Below are positions 29,160 through 39,713 of a stretch of 64,000 bases of DNA, one piece after another. How positions within the stretch are numbered: position 1 is the first letter of the stretch; each line of letters starts with the position of its first letter. Under the pieces are notes generated by a model that worked only from the letters and a program-made list of their open reading frames with translations, was not told the origin of the DNA and ran no database searches. The stretch is from a bacterium (GTDB lineage: Bacteria; Patescibacteriota; Minisyncoccia; UBA6257; GWB1-50-10): contig JAKAIX010000001.1 of the NCBI GenBank assembly GCA_021814165.1, positions 150,787 through 214,786 of the forward strand. Direction: 5' to 3'. A program made the position numbers and the translations under genes.

Positions 29160-31193
29160 TTATACCGCCCGCTTCTTTTTCGGAGTACTTGACTGTTTTC
29201 CGATTTTCCCTTGAAGCAGCCTCAATTCGTCCCGTAAAATGGCGGCAAGCTCGAAATCAAGCGCTTCTGCGGCTTTTTTCATCTCCCGTTCTTTTTCCCG
29301 TACAAGTCTCTCGATGTTTGTTCTTGACTTGGGGATAACCTTCGTTTCGAGCGCAAGAATCTCATCCGCGGGAAGGATATCTTTAATTTCTTTTTCGATG
29401 GTTCTTGGCGTGATTTTATGCGCCTTATTGTACGCGAGTTGGAGCGCTCTCCGCCGCTCGGTTTCCGCAACCGCCCGTTTGATGGACCCGGTAATCGAGT
29501 CCGCATAAAGCAATACTTCTCCACGCACGTTCCTTGCCGCACGCCCTATCGTTTGGATCAAAGATGTCTCACTTCTCAAAAATCCTTCCTTATCGGCGTC
29601 GAGTATTGCAACAAGCGACACCTCAGGAAGATCAAGTCCTTCCCTTAAAAGATTCACCCCGACAAGAACGTCGAAGCCGCCTTTTGCAGATCCTCTTCGA
29701 AGATTCGTGAGAATTTTGATGCGATCGAGCGTCTTTACGTCGCTATGAAGATACGAAACACTTACCTTAAGTTCTTCAAGGTATCCGCTTAAATCTTCCG
29801 CCATCTTTTTCGTAAGCGTCGTGACGAGTACGCGTTCCTTCGCTTCCGCCCGCTCGCGGATGCGCGGAATAAGATCATCGATCTGCCCCCGTGCCGGCCT
29901 GATAGTGACCTTCGGATCTATAAGTCCCGTAGGCCTGATAATTTGTTCCACAATCTGCGAACTTTTCTTTTTTTCAAACTCTCCCGGCGTCGCGGAGGTA
30001 TAAACGGTCTGATTCGTCCGTTCCTCGAACTCCTTGAATTTCAAAGGACGATTATCCGCCGCCGAAGGGAGTCGGAATCCATATTCGATGAGGGTTCGCT
30101 TGCGCGACGCATCGCCCTCGTACATTCCCTGAATCTGCGAAACGGTCACGTGCGACTCGTCGATGATGGTTAGAAAATCCTTCGGGAAGTAATCGAGAAG
30201 CGTCGCCGGCGGTTCTCCCTTCTTTCTTCCGGAAAGATGAAGCGAGTAGTTTTCGATGCCGTTGCAATATCCGACCTCGCGTATCATCGCCATGTCCGCT
30301 TTCGTTCTCCGTTCGATGCGCTCCGCTTCCAGAAACTTTTTCTCTTTCTCGAATATCTTGAGTTGTTCCTTAAGCTCTGTTCGAATCGCCTTTAGGGCGT
30401 GTTCCCTGTCTTCGACGGGCGTGATGAAGTGTTTCGCGGGTGCGATGTAAATCTCCGGCAGTTCGGGTGTTTTTCCTGCCTGCGCAGGCAGACCCGGATG
30501 AAATCCTTCCACCGGATTTACCTCAAAGATGTTTTGAATGACATCATTCTTCGTTTCGAATACGTAGAGTATCTCCCTGTCGGGCGGCATGATTTCCCAA
30601 TGATCCCCCCGGAGACGAAATGATCCCCTCTTCAAATCGGAGTTTGTCCTTGTAAACTGAAGTTCGACGAGTTTCCGGGCGAATTCCTGCCTTGAAACCT
30701 TATCCCCCGGCCTCAAGTGAAAGATATTCTCGGCATACGCCTCCGGACTGCCGAGACCGTAGATACAGGAAACGGAAGCGACCACGATTACATCCTTTCT
30801 CGTAAGAAGCGCGGCGGTTGCCGCATGGCGGAGTTTGTCGATCTCGTCGTTTACCATTGCTTCCTTCCCGATGTAGGTATCGCTCGAAGGAATATACGCC
30901 TCCGGCTGATAGTAGTCGTAGTAGGATACGAAATAATTTACCGAATTATGCGGAAACAGTTCGCGAAATTCGTTACAAAGCTGTGCGGCGAGCGTCTTGT
31001 TGTGCGCAATGACAAGCGTCGGCTTTCCGACGTTCTGTATCATATTCGCCATTGTGAACGTCTTCCCCGACCCCGTGACGCCCAAGAGCGTCTGATCGCG
31101 GTACTTGTTCCGAATCCCTTCGGTAAGCGCCTCGATCGCTTTTGGCTGATCTCCCGCAGGTTTGTTTTTTGAAATAAGTTCGAATGTTTTCAT
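29160..31193 (-). CDS. uvrB: Excinuclease ABC subunit B
   Basis: GDQPKAI, GVTGSGKT, YYDYYQPEAY, DESH, REGLDLPEV and C-terminal FELAAILRD. Confidence 0.97.
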   Translation of the reverse strand: MKTFELISKNKPAGDQPKAIEALTEGIRNKYRDQTLLGVTGSGKTFTMANMIQNVGKPTLVIAHNKTLAAQLCNEFRELFPHNSVNYFVSYYDYYQPEAYIPSSDTYIGKEAMVNDEIDKLRHAATAALLTRKDVIVVASVSCIYGLGSPEAYAENIFHLRPGDKVSRQEFARKLVELQFTRTNSDLKRGSFRLRGDHWEIMPPDREILYVFETKNDVIQNIFEVNPVEGFHPGLPAQAGKTPELPEIYIAPAKHFITPVEDREHALKAIRTELKEQLKIFEKEKKFLEAERIERRTKADMAMIREVGYCNGIENYSLHLSGRKKGEPPATLLDYFPKDFLTIIDESHVTVSQIQGMYEGDASRKRTLIEYGFRLPSAADNRPLKFKEFEERTNQTVYTSATPGEFEKKKSSQIVEQIIRPTGLIDPKVTIRPARGQIDDLIPRIRERAEAKERVLVTTLTKKMAEDLSGYLEELKVSVSYLHSDVKTLDRIKILTNLRRGSAKGGFDVLVGVNLLREGLDLPEVSLVAILDADKEGFLRSETSLIQTIGRAARNVRGEVLLYADSITGSIKRAVAETERRRALQLAYNKAHKITPRTIEKEIKDILPADEILALETKVIPKSRTNIERLVREKEREMKKAAEALDFELAAILRDELRLLQGKIGKQSSTPKKKRAV

Positions 31194-31270
31194 ACGCGAA
31201 ATACACTTCCTACTCGGATAAAGGGAGTGTTATGAGCAACTTTACGCGCAGGGCACAAGAGCGTCAAGTA

Positions 31271-32770
31271 CTACTTCAGATAATAAGGGAGTTTTTCCAA
31301 ATCTATTACGTCCCCGTACCTCTGCTGTATTTGTTTGATTTGTCCTTTCATATCCTCCAGGAGCCGCGCGGCTTTCTCTTCAAACACCGAATACCCGCGT
31401 ATTGTCTTATAATTTTCCAGTTGCTCGCTAAGAACTCGCCCCTCGATGACCGCCTCTCCAAAAAGTTTATCTGTCTTCTTAACTTTTCCTTTCGCCATAC
31501 TGAAGATCTTTTCGCGAAGATCATTCTTTATAAACCTGGGCACTTCTCCATTGCCCGGTTCCATCAGTATTGTACGCACTGATACGCGATCGTTTTCCTT
31601 TTCTCCTTTCTCCGATCTCAAAAATTGCGCCACGCGCACGCGTGCATCGATCTTCGCGCGCTCGGCAGCTTCATGATTTGCAATCGCTTCTTCCACTTCT
31701 TTCTTATCCTTACCAGATCTTCTCATTTGCTCGGCAAACGTTCTCGTCAGTATCTTTACCGCTATGTCACGCGTAGTTTTGTAACTTTCTTCGAGAAGAT
31801 TGTTCTTAATGTCTATCTTAAGTTTTCCTCCTTCCCTCTCCTTGTTCCCCTTCACAAGAAAAGCGGCGGTATGGTTAAAATATTCAAGTTCCCGCTTATC
31901 TTCCTCCGCGAGATGCGGAAAAGAATCCATATCCGTGAAATCAACGGAGAGTTTTCCATTCCCTTCATGATGCGCACTGAGACCAGTTCCGTGCAGCATC
32001 TCCGCAAAATCTTCAGCGACGACGGCCTCCTGTTCCGACAACTTCGCCAAATCTCCGACATTAAGAGATATTAATTCTTTTTGCCCTTCCTGCAGCCAGA
32101 AGAATTTATCTTTCTCGCCAGAATTTTCTCCGATTTCTTGTTGCCCATCCGGCACTTCATAAGGAACTACGCTGTCCCCGCTTCTTATCAATTCCTCCCC
32201 TGTCTGTTTTGTCTGTTCTTTTTTATTTGCGGTCTTCTCCGAAGCCGCGGATGCCGCACTTTCGTTCTTCTTCTCCGACATCTTGATTTTTTTCTTTAAG
32301 TCGATGCTTTCCTTCCGATTCTGTAACTCGATCGTTATTCTTGTATATTTCTCGAGTTCTTTCTGCACTTTTTCATTCTTTGGAAACTGAAGGTGGAATT
32401 TATTTAATTCGTCGGTTTTATCGGTGTAGTATCCGACGGGATCTTGCATTAACTTTTGGAACTTCGCCTTATAATTTTCGAAATAAGTAGAACCCGGGTT
32501 GGCTTGCGCGGATTCGAGTACGCTCTGTAGATTACGCAGTTCTTTCAGAGCGTCCTCTTTTGTCTCTTCACTTAGGAACCCATACAATAGAATGTCTTCC
32601 GGAGGATATTCTTGCGTTTCCGATTCAATCTCGACCGGTTCTCCATTCTCCGGTTCTTCCTTTATATCGACAAACTTTGCTTCTTCTATTTCGTTGGAAG
32701 AAATCCGTTCCTCCGGTTTTCGTCCCTCCACATCTCCCGTTAGTTCCGGTTCAAATAATTTTTCCGTCAT
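31271..32770 (-). CDS. Hypothetical Glu/Lys-rich coiled-coil protein (499 aa)
   Basis: Long ORF with an upstream TATAAT; no motif recognised. Confidence 0.7.
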   Translation of the reverse strand: MTEKLFEPELTGDVEGRKPEERISSNEIEEAKFVDIKEEPENGEPVEIESETQEYPPEDILLYGFLSEETKEDALKELRNLQSVLESAQANPGSTYFENYKAKFQKLMQDPVGYYTDKTDELNKFHLQFPKNEKVQKELEKYTRITIELQNRKESIDLKKKIKMSEKKNESAASAASEKTANKKEQTKQTGEELIRSGDSVVPYEVPDGQQEIGENSGEKDKFFWLQEGQKELISLNVGDLAKLSEQEAVVAEDFAEMLHGTGLSAHHEGNGKLSVDFTDMDSFPHLAEEDKRELEYFNHTAAFLVKGNKEREGGKLKIDIKNNLLEESYKTTRDIAVKILTRTFAEQMRRSGKDKKEVEEAIANHEAAERAKIDARVRVAQFLRSEKGEKENDRVSVRTILMEPGNGEVPRFIKNDLREKIFSMAKGKVKKTDKLFGEAVIEGRVLSEQLENYKTIRGYSVFEEKAARLLEDMKGQIKQIQQRYGDVIDLEKLPYYLK

Positions 32771-32881
32771 AATTATTTCTTTATTATAGCAAGTTATGTA
32801 GCTTTAATTTCGAAATAATAATACCACAAAAGCAGAAAAAAAGCAAGTGTTACTTTTTCCCTGTTTTCCGAAGATAAGTTG

Positions 32882-32898
32882 GTGCGGGTAAGGAGAAT
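32882..32898 (-). other. Duplicated tRNA-Gly 3' end (att-like scar)
   Basis: GTGCGGGTAAGGAGAAT is identical to 32937-32953. Confidence 0.75.
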
Positions 32899-32937
32899 TT
32901 TGTGCTTTGCCCCGCAGAATTTCTGCGAGTTACCTTG

Positions 32938-33008
32938 TGCGGGTAAGGAGAATCGAACTCCTGTCTCAACCTTGGGAAGGTCGCATTCTACCACTAAACC
33001 ATACCCGC
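32938..33008 (-). tRNA. tRNA-Gly(CCC)
   Basis: GCGGGTA/TACCCGC acceptor stem; CGACC-TT-CCC-AA-GGTTG anticodon arm; GGAGTTCGATTCTCC T-arm. Confidence 0.95.
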
Positions 33009-33015
33009 GTTCTTG

Positions 33016-33327
33016 TTAATTCTTCGTTGAAGTACTTATCGGCGAACTGGAAGCGCTCGAAGAAGCACCGGGAACGACAATGATCACCCGTTCTCCTTCT
33101 TCGCGATACGTCGTTTGTTTCTTCAACTCCTTCAAAAGATTAACAGGATTTCCGTAGTAATCAATATCGCTCTTCAGTCTTGTGTTCTCCGCCTCAAGAT
33201 TCCCGAGTTTTTGCTCGAGATCATTCCTTTGTTGTTCCATATCCTTCTTGGATCCTTCCAGACTGACAAGCCCCCAAGAAAGGAGCGCGATTACAAGAAC
33301 GAGAATGATAATCTTCCAGGGTTTCAT
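33016..33327 (-). CDS. Septum formation initiator (FtsB/DivIC-like)
   Basis: TM plus coiled coil plus Y..EGE.VI motif. Confidence 0.75.
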   Translation of the reverse strand: MKPWKIIILVLVIALLSWGLVSLEGSKKDMEQQRNDLEQKLGNLEAENTRLKSDIDYYGNPVNLLKELKKQTTYREEGERVIIVVPGASSSASSSPISTSTKN

Positions 33328-33361
33328 TTATTCCTATTATAGTCCACCACGCTCAATACGA

Positions 33362-33395
33362 GGAGGCCCGGCTTCCTATCGGAGGCCGGGCCTCC
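33362..33395. repeat. GGAGGCCCGGC-type REP doublet
   Basis: GGAGGCCCGGCTTCC-tatc-GGAGGCCGGGCCTCC; related copies near 23405-23436 and 46131-46166. Confidence 0.75.
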
Positions 33396-33404
33396 AGTCA
33401 TCGC

Positions 33405-35228
33405 TTATTTTTTCAAAAGTTCCTTGAAGAGATGCGGAGGGATGCGAACGTGGGCGCGCGCCTTGAGCCGTTCTTTTCCTTTCTTTTGTTTCTGCCACAA
33501 CTTCATTTTCCTCGTCCTGTCACCCCCGTTTTTCCCGAAGTTTCCCAATTCCTTTCTCATTGCGGGAATGTCCTCCCGTGCGATAATTTTCGCTCCCACC
33601 TTTGCCTGTATCGGCTGGGGAAATTGCTGCTGCGGAAGCGTTTTCTTAAGCCGCTCCACAAGCTGGCGGGCTTCGTACTGCACCGTCTCCTTCGGGAAAA
33701 ACCGCGAGAGGCCCGGAATAAGCTCTCCCGCAACCGCAACATCCACCCTCTCGATATCCGCTTTTCTGTAATCGGCGAGTTCGTAGCTGAATGAAGCATA
33801 GCCGGCAGTCGCCGACTTCAACTGGTCGTCAAAGTCGCTTACGAGCTCCGCAAGAGGCATTTTCGCCTTGATTTCCGTCTGGTTCTGGAATGTTTCGGTC
33901 GTACTTTCCATGAACCTGAATCGCTTTTGAAGCGGATAAATATTATTCAGAAACTCCGGAGAAGTGAGAATTACGATCTGTACCATCGGTTCCATAATTT
34001 CCTCATGCTCCTCGGGAAGTTCCTCGGGCTTCACAATCGTCTGCCAGCCCTTCTTTGTCTTCACTTTATAAAGCACCGAGGGAAAGGTGCTCACCGTTCT
34101 CACCTTGAACTCGCGTCTCAAACGTTCCGCGGTAATCTCAAAATGAAGATGCCCAAGAAATCCCACCTTGAATCCCCTGCCCAGAACTTCGTTCTGATCG
34201 GGTTCAATCGAAAGCGACGAATCATTAAGTCTCAGTTTATCAAAACTCCGCTTCAGGAGATCGTAGTCGTCATTATTCTCGGGATAAAATGAAACGAACA
34301 CTACCGGTTGCGGTTCGCGATAGCCGTGGAGCGCGAGCGGTCTTGGATTTTGAACCTTAAATTTCGAACTTATCGCCGTATCCCCGATTTTCACGAGCGC
34401 GATGTCCTTGATGCCCGTCGCGATATAACCGATCTCCCCCGCATTCAAAGTTTCGGTCGGCGTAAGCGCCGGCGCGAAACAACCGATTTCTTTTATTTTC
34501 GAGGAGGCGCCGGATGCGGCAAGAGTAACCGTATCCGTCGATTGTATGATTCCTCCGAAAACGCGGACCGAGGCGATAACGCCCTTGTGATCGTCATAAA
34601 AAGAATCAAAGATGAGCGCTCGCGCCGGCGTTTCTCTTCCTTGTATCCCGCTCTGTGCTGTTTCCCCCGGAGGAGGCACGCGACGGACTACCGCTTCCAG
34701 AAGTTCCCTCGTTCCTTTCCCCGTTTTCGCAGACACCATGAGTACTTCCTCTTTCCCGGCATTGAGAAGTTCCGCAACTTCGCCTCGGACACGATCAAGC
34801 CCTTCTTCGTCGCCGTTCCCTTCGAGTACGTCGATTTTATTCACCGCGCCGACAACGGTAAGTCCGGCCTTTCTCGCCGAATGCAGGTTCGCGAGCGTTT
34901 GTGCCTGTATTCCTTGTGTCGCATCGACGAGAAGAATCCCTCCCTCAACTGCCGCAAGCGCACGTGATACCTCATAGGAAAAATCGGAATGTCCCGGAGT
35001 ATCAATCAGGTTCAGTTCATACCGTTCTTGTCCGAGTTCATAACGCATCCTCACGGGAGCCATCTTAATGGTAATCCCGCGTTCGCGCTCGAGTTCGAGT
35101 TGATCGAGATACTGTTCGTGCATCCGTCTCGTATCCACCGCGCCGGTGATTTCAAGAAACCGATCGGCAAGCGTGGACTTCCCGTGGTCAATGTGCGCGA
35201 TAATACAAAAATTCCTTATATGCTCCAT
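33405..35228 (-). CDS. lepA: Elongation factor 4
   Basis: IRNFCIIAHIDHGKSTLADR, DTPGH, NKID, GFLG and RKMKLW..QKKGK. Confidence 0.96.
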   Translation of the reverse strand: MEHIRNFCIIAHIDHGKSTLADRFLEITGAVDTRRMHEQYLDQLELERERGITIKMAPVRMRYELGQERYELNLIDTPGHSDFSYEVSRALAAVEGGILLVDATQGIQAQTLANLHSARKAGLTVVGAVNKIDVLEGNGDEEGLDRVRGEVAELLNAGKEEVLMVSAKTGKGTRELLEAVVRRVPPPGETAQSGIQGRETPARALIFDSFYDDHKGVIASVRVFGGIIQSTDTVTLAASGASSKIKEIGCFAPALTPTETLNAGEIGYIATGIKDIALVKIGDTAISSKFKVQNPRPLALHGYREPQPVVFVSFYPENNDDYDLLKRSFDKLRLNDSSLSIEPDQNEVLGRGFKVGFLGHLHFEITAERLRREFKVRTVSTFPSVLYKVKTKKGWQTIVKPEELPEEHEEIMEPMVQIVILTSPEFLNNIYPLQKRFRFMESTTETFQNQTEIKAKMPLAELVSDFDDQLKSATAGYASFSYELADYRKADIERVDVAVAGELIPGLSRFFPKETVQYEARQLVERLKKTLPQQQFPQPIQAKVGAKIIAREDIPAMRKELGNFGKNGGDRTRKMKLWQKQKKGKERLKARAHVRIPPHLFKELLKK

Positions 35229-37339
35229 TATTCGTTCGGAGATCCCAATCTTAGCGTGAGCGTAATTACGGTACGCGCATCGGGATCGTCGTTGTTATAC
35301 GCGAATACCCTATCGTTCGACTCCGCCCAATAATATTGGAAAGGAGCGTTTATAACAAGATGAAGCGAGTTCTTAACCCCGGACTGCCGTTCGAAGATGA
35401 ACGTATATGTCTGTCCGGAAGCAAGAGAGGGAAGGTTCGCATACTGCGTTTGGTACCTCATATGCAACGTCTTCGAGCTTCCCGAGGGTAGCATAAACCA
35501 TGTCGCAAAAACGTTTTTACCCGAATCCTGTCTTTGCCATGCCTTATAATTCGTAAGATACACGTCGTTCTGTTCTATTGCCGCAAGATCGGCATTTACC
35601 GCGTAATTGGTGTGCGCATAATCAAGCGTGGAATAACTCGTCTTTGTATCATTTCCATCAAGGGCGACCAGGGTCGCATTCGGCTCGGTGAAAATCTGGA
35701 TAAAATCCTTGTTCGTAGCGCGCCACCACGGATCTTTCTGAGTGTCTCCCAAATGCGTCCGCGTAATATCCGCGTTCGTAAACGTATTGCCGCTCACGTC
35801 GATGTCGACGTTCGCGCGCACATCTTCCGTTACGAATGCATCGCTCTTTCCCCCCGCGATGTTCGCGTTCACTACGCCAAGATAACTCCCCCAAAAACTC
35901 GAAGGAAGACCGAATATCGAACCGTCCAGATCGTTCGTTGCGAGGAAATCGGAGAGCACCGGATCTTTTGCGTAGAGCATAATATCTTTCTTCTGTATCG
36001 CATCTTTAATCGCCTCGAAGAGCGACTTCCGTTCGCTATCTGAAAGATTGTTAAGCCGTTCGAGAAGAAGGGGGGTAATGATTTTAAGTATCCGCTTCGG
36101 CTCCCCCGCTTTTTTATCATCGCCTGATTCCACCTCACGTTGAATCTCGGAAAGGAAATTCGCGCTGGTGATGACCTTGTTGTATTCCGGAATGGGAATG
36201 GGACCCGTGATATTTAAAAACGATTCCAGAACACGGATGTTGAGCGCGATAGCGGCATCGAACGTCACATCGCGTTCCGAGTACATTTTCGACGCTTCAA
36301 GGAAATTTACGATCGTCTTTGCGGAAGTCGGGAAATTGAAAAACCAATTCGCGTCGCGGGCGCCCCATCGTTCCGTGAGCGTTTGAAGCTGCTTCGGAGG
36401 AACCACTTTTTGGTCAAGCTGCCCATCGGGATCGTAGATATCCCGTACGTCCATATTCGTCATCTGTCCTCCCGAAACGGTAAGGTCGGCATAACTCCCC
36501 ACGAACCCTCCGCCCGGACGTATCTCCGAAGGATTTTGGAAAAGAAGAAGAACATGGTGATCCCCGGGTGCGCCGAGCCACTTCACGAGAGCGACAAGCG
36601 CATTATCCCATCCATAGAGCGCCGCGCTATATTTCAGGTACTCTCCTCCAATCGCATCATCCACGGTGTTGAATGCGGAAGAGAGATTCTTAAGCGCCGA
36701 GGAAGCGTTTTTGATGGAAACGGTGTTGTCGCGTATCGCCTGAATCGTCTCGTGCGTTTTCGAGAGCGCGGCAATGAGAGCGGCGCCGTCATGCTGGAAG
36801 TAACCGAGCGCGTTCGTCTGGAGCGTTTCGAGATCCTGGCTCAATTCAAGGAACTGGAGATTCAGGTTCGTCACTTTCCCCAAAAAACCCACGCTCCCTT
36901 TCACGATAGGAACGAAACTGCCGACCGTATCGATAATAGACTGACCGATGCCTTTATGAAGCGTCGAAGTAATGGTATTCAGTTCTTCGTCGTTCTTTTT
37001 GAGAAATTCGGACGCGGTCTGCGGTTCGAAATTTTTGAGTGCGGTCGCCGAAGAAGTGAAATTCTTCATAATCGACGACCCGCTGTCGGTAATGGTGGCC
37101 TTGATAGTCCGCAGATTACTCGCAACAAGAAGCAGAAAGAGAATTATGCCGAGGAGTATCATACCGAATGCACCCACCAAGGCGCGCTTCAGGACCGAAA
37201 ATCGCGGCCGAGACGCCTCGGGAACGCGCCTCAAGTTTACCGTACCGAATCTGTTCAGCCGCTCGTAGTTGAAATGGGGATTTCTTACGTCGACAAGGAT
37301 CGGATCGATATTCTTTTTTGGCACCGATTTTTTTACCAT
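35228..37339 (-). CDS. DUF4012 domain membrane-anchored protein
   Basis: LLFQNPSEIRPGGGFVG, RDANWFFNFP, NANIAGGKSD and RQSG motifs. Confidence 0.85.
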   Translation of the reverse strand: MVKKSVPKKNIDPILVDVRNPHFNYERLNRFGTVNLRRVPEASRPRFSVLKRALVGAFGMILLGIILFLLLVASNLRTIKATITDSGSSIMKNFTSSATALKNFEPQTASEFLKKNDEELNTITSTLHKGIGQSIIDTVGSFVPIVKGSVGFLGKVTNLNLQFLELSQDLETLQTNALGYFQHDGAALIAALSKTHETIQAIRDNTVSIKNASSALKNLSSAFNTVDDAIGGEYLKYSAALYGWDNALVALVKWLGAPGDHHVLLLFQNPSEIRPGGGFVGSYADLTVSGGQMTNMDVRDIYDPDGQLDQKVVPPKQLQTLTERWGARDANWFFNFPTSAKTIVNFLEASKMYSERDVTFDAAIALNIRVLESFLNITGPIPIPEYNKVITSANFLSEIQREVESGDDKKAGEPKRILKIITPLLLERLNNLSDSERKSLFEAIKDAIQKKDIMLYAKDPVLSDFLATNDLDGSIFGLPSSFWGSYLGVVNANIAGGKSDAFVTEDVRANVDIDVSGNTFTNADITRTHLGDTQKDPWWRATNKDFIQIFTEPNATLVALDGNDTKTSYSTLDYAHTNYAVNADLAAIEQNDVYLTNYKAWQRQDSGKNVFATWFMLPSGSSKTLHMRYQTQYANLPSLASGQTYTFIFERQSGVKNSLHLVINAPFQYYWAESNDRVFAYNNDDPDARTVITLTLRLGSPNE

Positions 37340-37352
37340 ACCGTTTACATTT

Positions 37353-38501
37353 TTACATATTCCGCGCTACGGAAGCGAAACAGTGCATATGCTCCGCGGC
37401 GCTTGTGCGCCAATCGAAACGGGCAATATTATCTTTCCCCCGCTTCTTGAACGTCTCGCAAAGCGCGGGGTTGTCGAGAAACGCTTCGATCGCCTCAATA
37501 AGCTCGCGTACCTTCCAAGGATCCGCGAGAAGCGCGCTCGTACCGAGTATTTCGGGAAGCGAAGTGCGGTTTGATGCGACGACGGGAGTGCCGCACGCCT
37601 GCGCTTCGAGAGGGGGAAATCCAACCCCCTCGAAAAACGAAGGATATACGAACACCGTCGCAAGACGGTACAAACGCCGCATCACTTCGTGCTCCGCCTT
37701 TCCCCACACGATAATGTCCTCCCGGTACGGCGAATGTTCCACCTCTTTGAAAATTGTATCATAGGACCATCCGCGCGACCCCGCGAGCACGAGAGAAAGC
37801 TCCTTGTTTCTCGATGCTTGTTTGAGCGCGTTAAACGCACGCACGACCGCGACGATATTTTTTCTCGGCTCGATCGTTCCCGAATAAAGAAGGAACCGAT
37901 CGGGAAGCTTATGCTTATTTTTAAAGACCCGAAGCGCTTCGTCGGTATCCTTCTGCTCTTTATATATCACATTGATTCCCGGATAGATCCTCGTAATCTT
38001 CCGTTCCGGAATTTTGAATACATCCATAAGCGTTTCCTTCGTGAAATTGGAAGGAGCGATGAGATGTCCCGCTTCACCTATCTCGCGGCGGTATCCCTGC
38101 CGCCAATGCCACAACCGCTGCTTTACGGAAAAAAATTCCGGATAGCAGAAAGATATATCATGAACCGTCACCACGCGCCGCTCGGGATTCTTTAAGGAAA
38201 GAATGTTGATGTTCGGACTCCAAAACACATCGGAAGGGAGAAGTGCATCTATTTTTGGAATGCGGAATAAGAGATTTAACGGATCGAATATCCTGTTCGG
38301 AATCCCGAAATTGATTACGGCGCCGTTAACCCCGTTTTGTAGGAACGGTATTCCCTTTTGTTTCCTGAAACCGTTCGCGAAAAACGTATAGTGATGCTCC
38401 GGATAATCGGCGATAAACCGTTCGATAAGAAGTCGCGTATATTCCGATATTCCGGAAAATGTATTCGGCCTATATGGCCTCGTATCGATGAAAATATTCA
38501 T
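37353..38501 (-). CDS. Glycosyltransferase family 4
   Basis: TVHD, GTIEPRKN and PSFFEGVGFPPLEAQACG motifs. Confidence 0.92.
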   Translation of the reverse strand: MNIFIDTRPYRPNTFSGISEYTRLLIERFIADYPEHHYTFFANGFRKQKGIPFLQNGVNGAVINFGIPNRIFDPLNLLFRIPKIDALLPSDVFWSPNINILSLKNPERRVVTVHDISFCYPEFFSVKQRLWHWRQGYRREIGEAGHLIAPSNFTKETLMDVFKIPERKITRIYPGINVIYKEQKDTDEALRVFKNKHKLPDRFLLYSGTIEPRKNIVAVVRAFNALKQASRNKELSLVLAGSRGWSYDTIFKEVEHSPYREDIIVWGKAEHEVMRRLYRLATVFVYPSFFEGVGFPPLEAQACGTPVVASNRTSLPEILGTSALLADPWKVRELIEAIEAFLDNPALCETFKKRGKDNIARFDWRTSAAEHMHCFASVARNM

Positions 38502-38514
38502 AGACGAATCGGCA

Positions 38515-39612
38515 TTAAAACGTGAAACCGTATTTTGCGAGTGTTGCAAGAATGCTTCCGCGAAACGTCTCTTTCGAGAACCGAAGCGCAGATCGCGCAA
38601 TTGCACGCCGATCGAAAGTGAGATATTCGAAACTCCGCACCGCCTCCACAATTTTCTCGGGTGTCTGCTCGGAAAAGAATACGCCGGTCTTCTTATCGAT
38701 AACTATCTCGCGGGCGCCTCCTTTTGCAAACGCGATAACGGGCGTTCCGCACGCCTGCGCTTCCGCGGCGACGAGCCCGAAATCCTCGATCTGCGGAAAT
38801 ATGAGCGCTTTCGCATTGCTATAAAGCATCCTGAGTTCTTCATCTCCCGCAGATTCGATAAATTCGATAAGCGGCGATTTTACGAGCTTCTTCAGCTCCG
38901 AGAGTTCCGGTCCTCTTCCTACGATCTTCAGTGGCTTCTGGAGCTGATTGAACGCCGCGATGCCGAGATCAAACCCTTTGTAATACAGAAGTCGTCCCGC
39001 CATAAGGTAGTATTCTTTTCTTCCCGACTGGAGTTCGGGATAAAAAAGTTCGGTGTCGACGGGAGGATATACCACGACCGCATCGCGGCCGTAGTATGAA
39101 TGAATTTTCCCCGCAATAAATTCGGAGTTTGCAATGAAAAGGTTCACGCGTTGCGCCGCGCGCGTATCCCAGTTCTTAAGCCATCGCGCGATCGGGTACG
39201 CGATAAGATTCGAGAGTGCCTTCGGAGAAAATCTGAGATTTTTCAGATAATCGATTTCCCACGCGTAACGAAGCGGGCTGTGGCAATAACTCACGTGATA
39301 AGGGGCGCGTATGCCGAATCCTTTGGCATATCCCGCAGTCGAGGAGATGAGCAGGTCATATTCCTGTTCCGATTTAAGAAGCGAAGCCGCAATCGGCATC
39401 AAAGGGATAAAGAGGCGATGATGCTTCTTAATCCCCGGCATGTTGAGAATACTCGTATGCAGCTTGTACCGTTCGAAGAGACCGCGGGTTTTTTCCTTGT
39501 CGTAGAGAAGCGTATAGAGATCGGCGTCGGGAAACATCTCGAGAAGCGCTTGAAGCACCCGTTCCCCTCCTCCGAACTGATTCAAATAATCATGTGCAAT
39601 CGCAACGCGCAT
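38515..39612 (-). CDS. Glycosyltransferase family 4
   Basis: AIAHDYLNQFGGGERV and EDFGLVAAEAQACG motifs. Confidence 0.92.
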   Translation of the reverse strand: MRVAIAHDYLNQFGGGERVLQALLEMFPDADLYTLLYDKEKTRGLFERYKLHTSILNMPGIKKHHRLFIPLMPIAASLLKSEQEYDLLISSTAGYAKGFGIRAPYHVSYCHSPLRYAWEIDYLKNLRFSPKALSNLIAYPIARWLKNWDTRAAQRVNLFIANSEFIAGKIHSYYGRDAVVVYPPVDTELFYPELQSGRKEYYLMAGRLLYYKGFDLGIAAFNQLQKPLKIVGRGPELSELKKLVKSPLIEFIESAGDEELRMLYSNAKALIFPQIEDFGLVAAEAQACGTPVIAFAKGGAREIVIDKKTGVFFSEQTPEKIVEAVRSFEYLTFDRRAIARSALRFSKETFRGSILATLAKYGFTF

Positions 39613-39713
39613 GTCGTCATTTTATCGTTAATCGCACATTCTTGGAAGCGGTTACGGAAGAGTTTGATTTCTTCGAATCGGACCACAATCGGATTATCGA
39701 ACTAAATGAAGCC

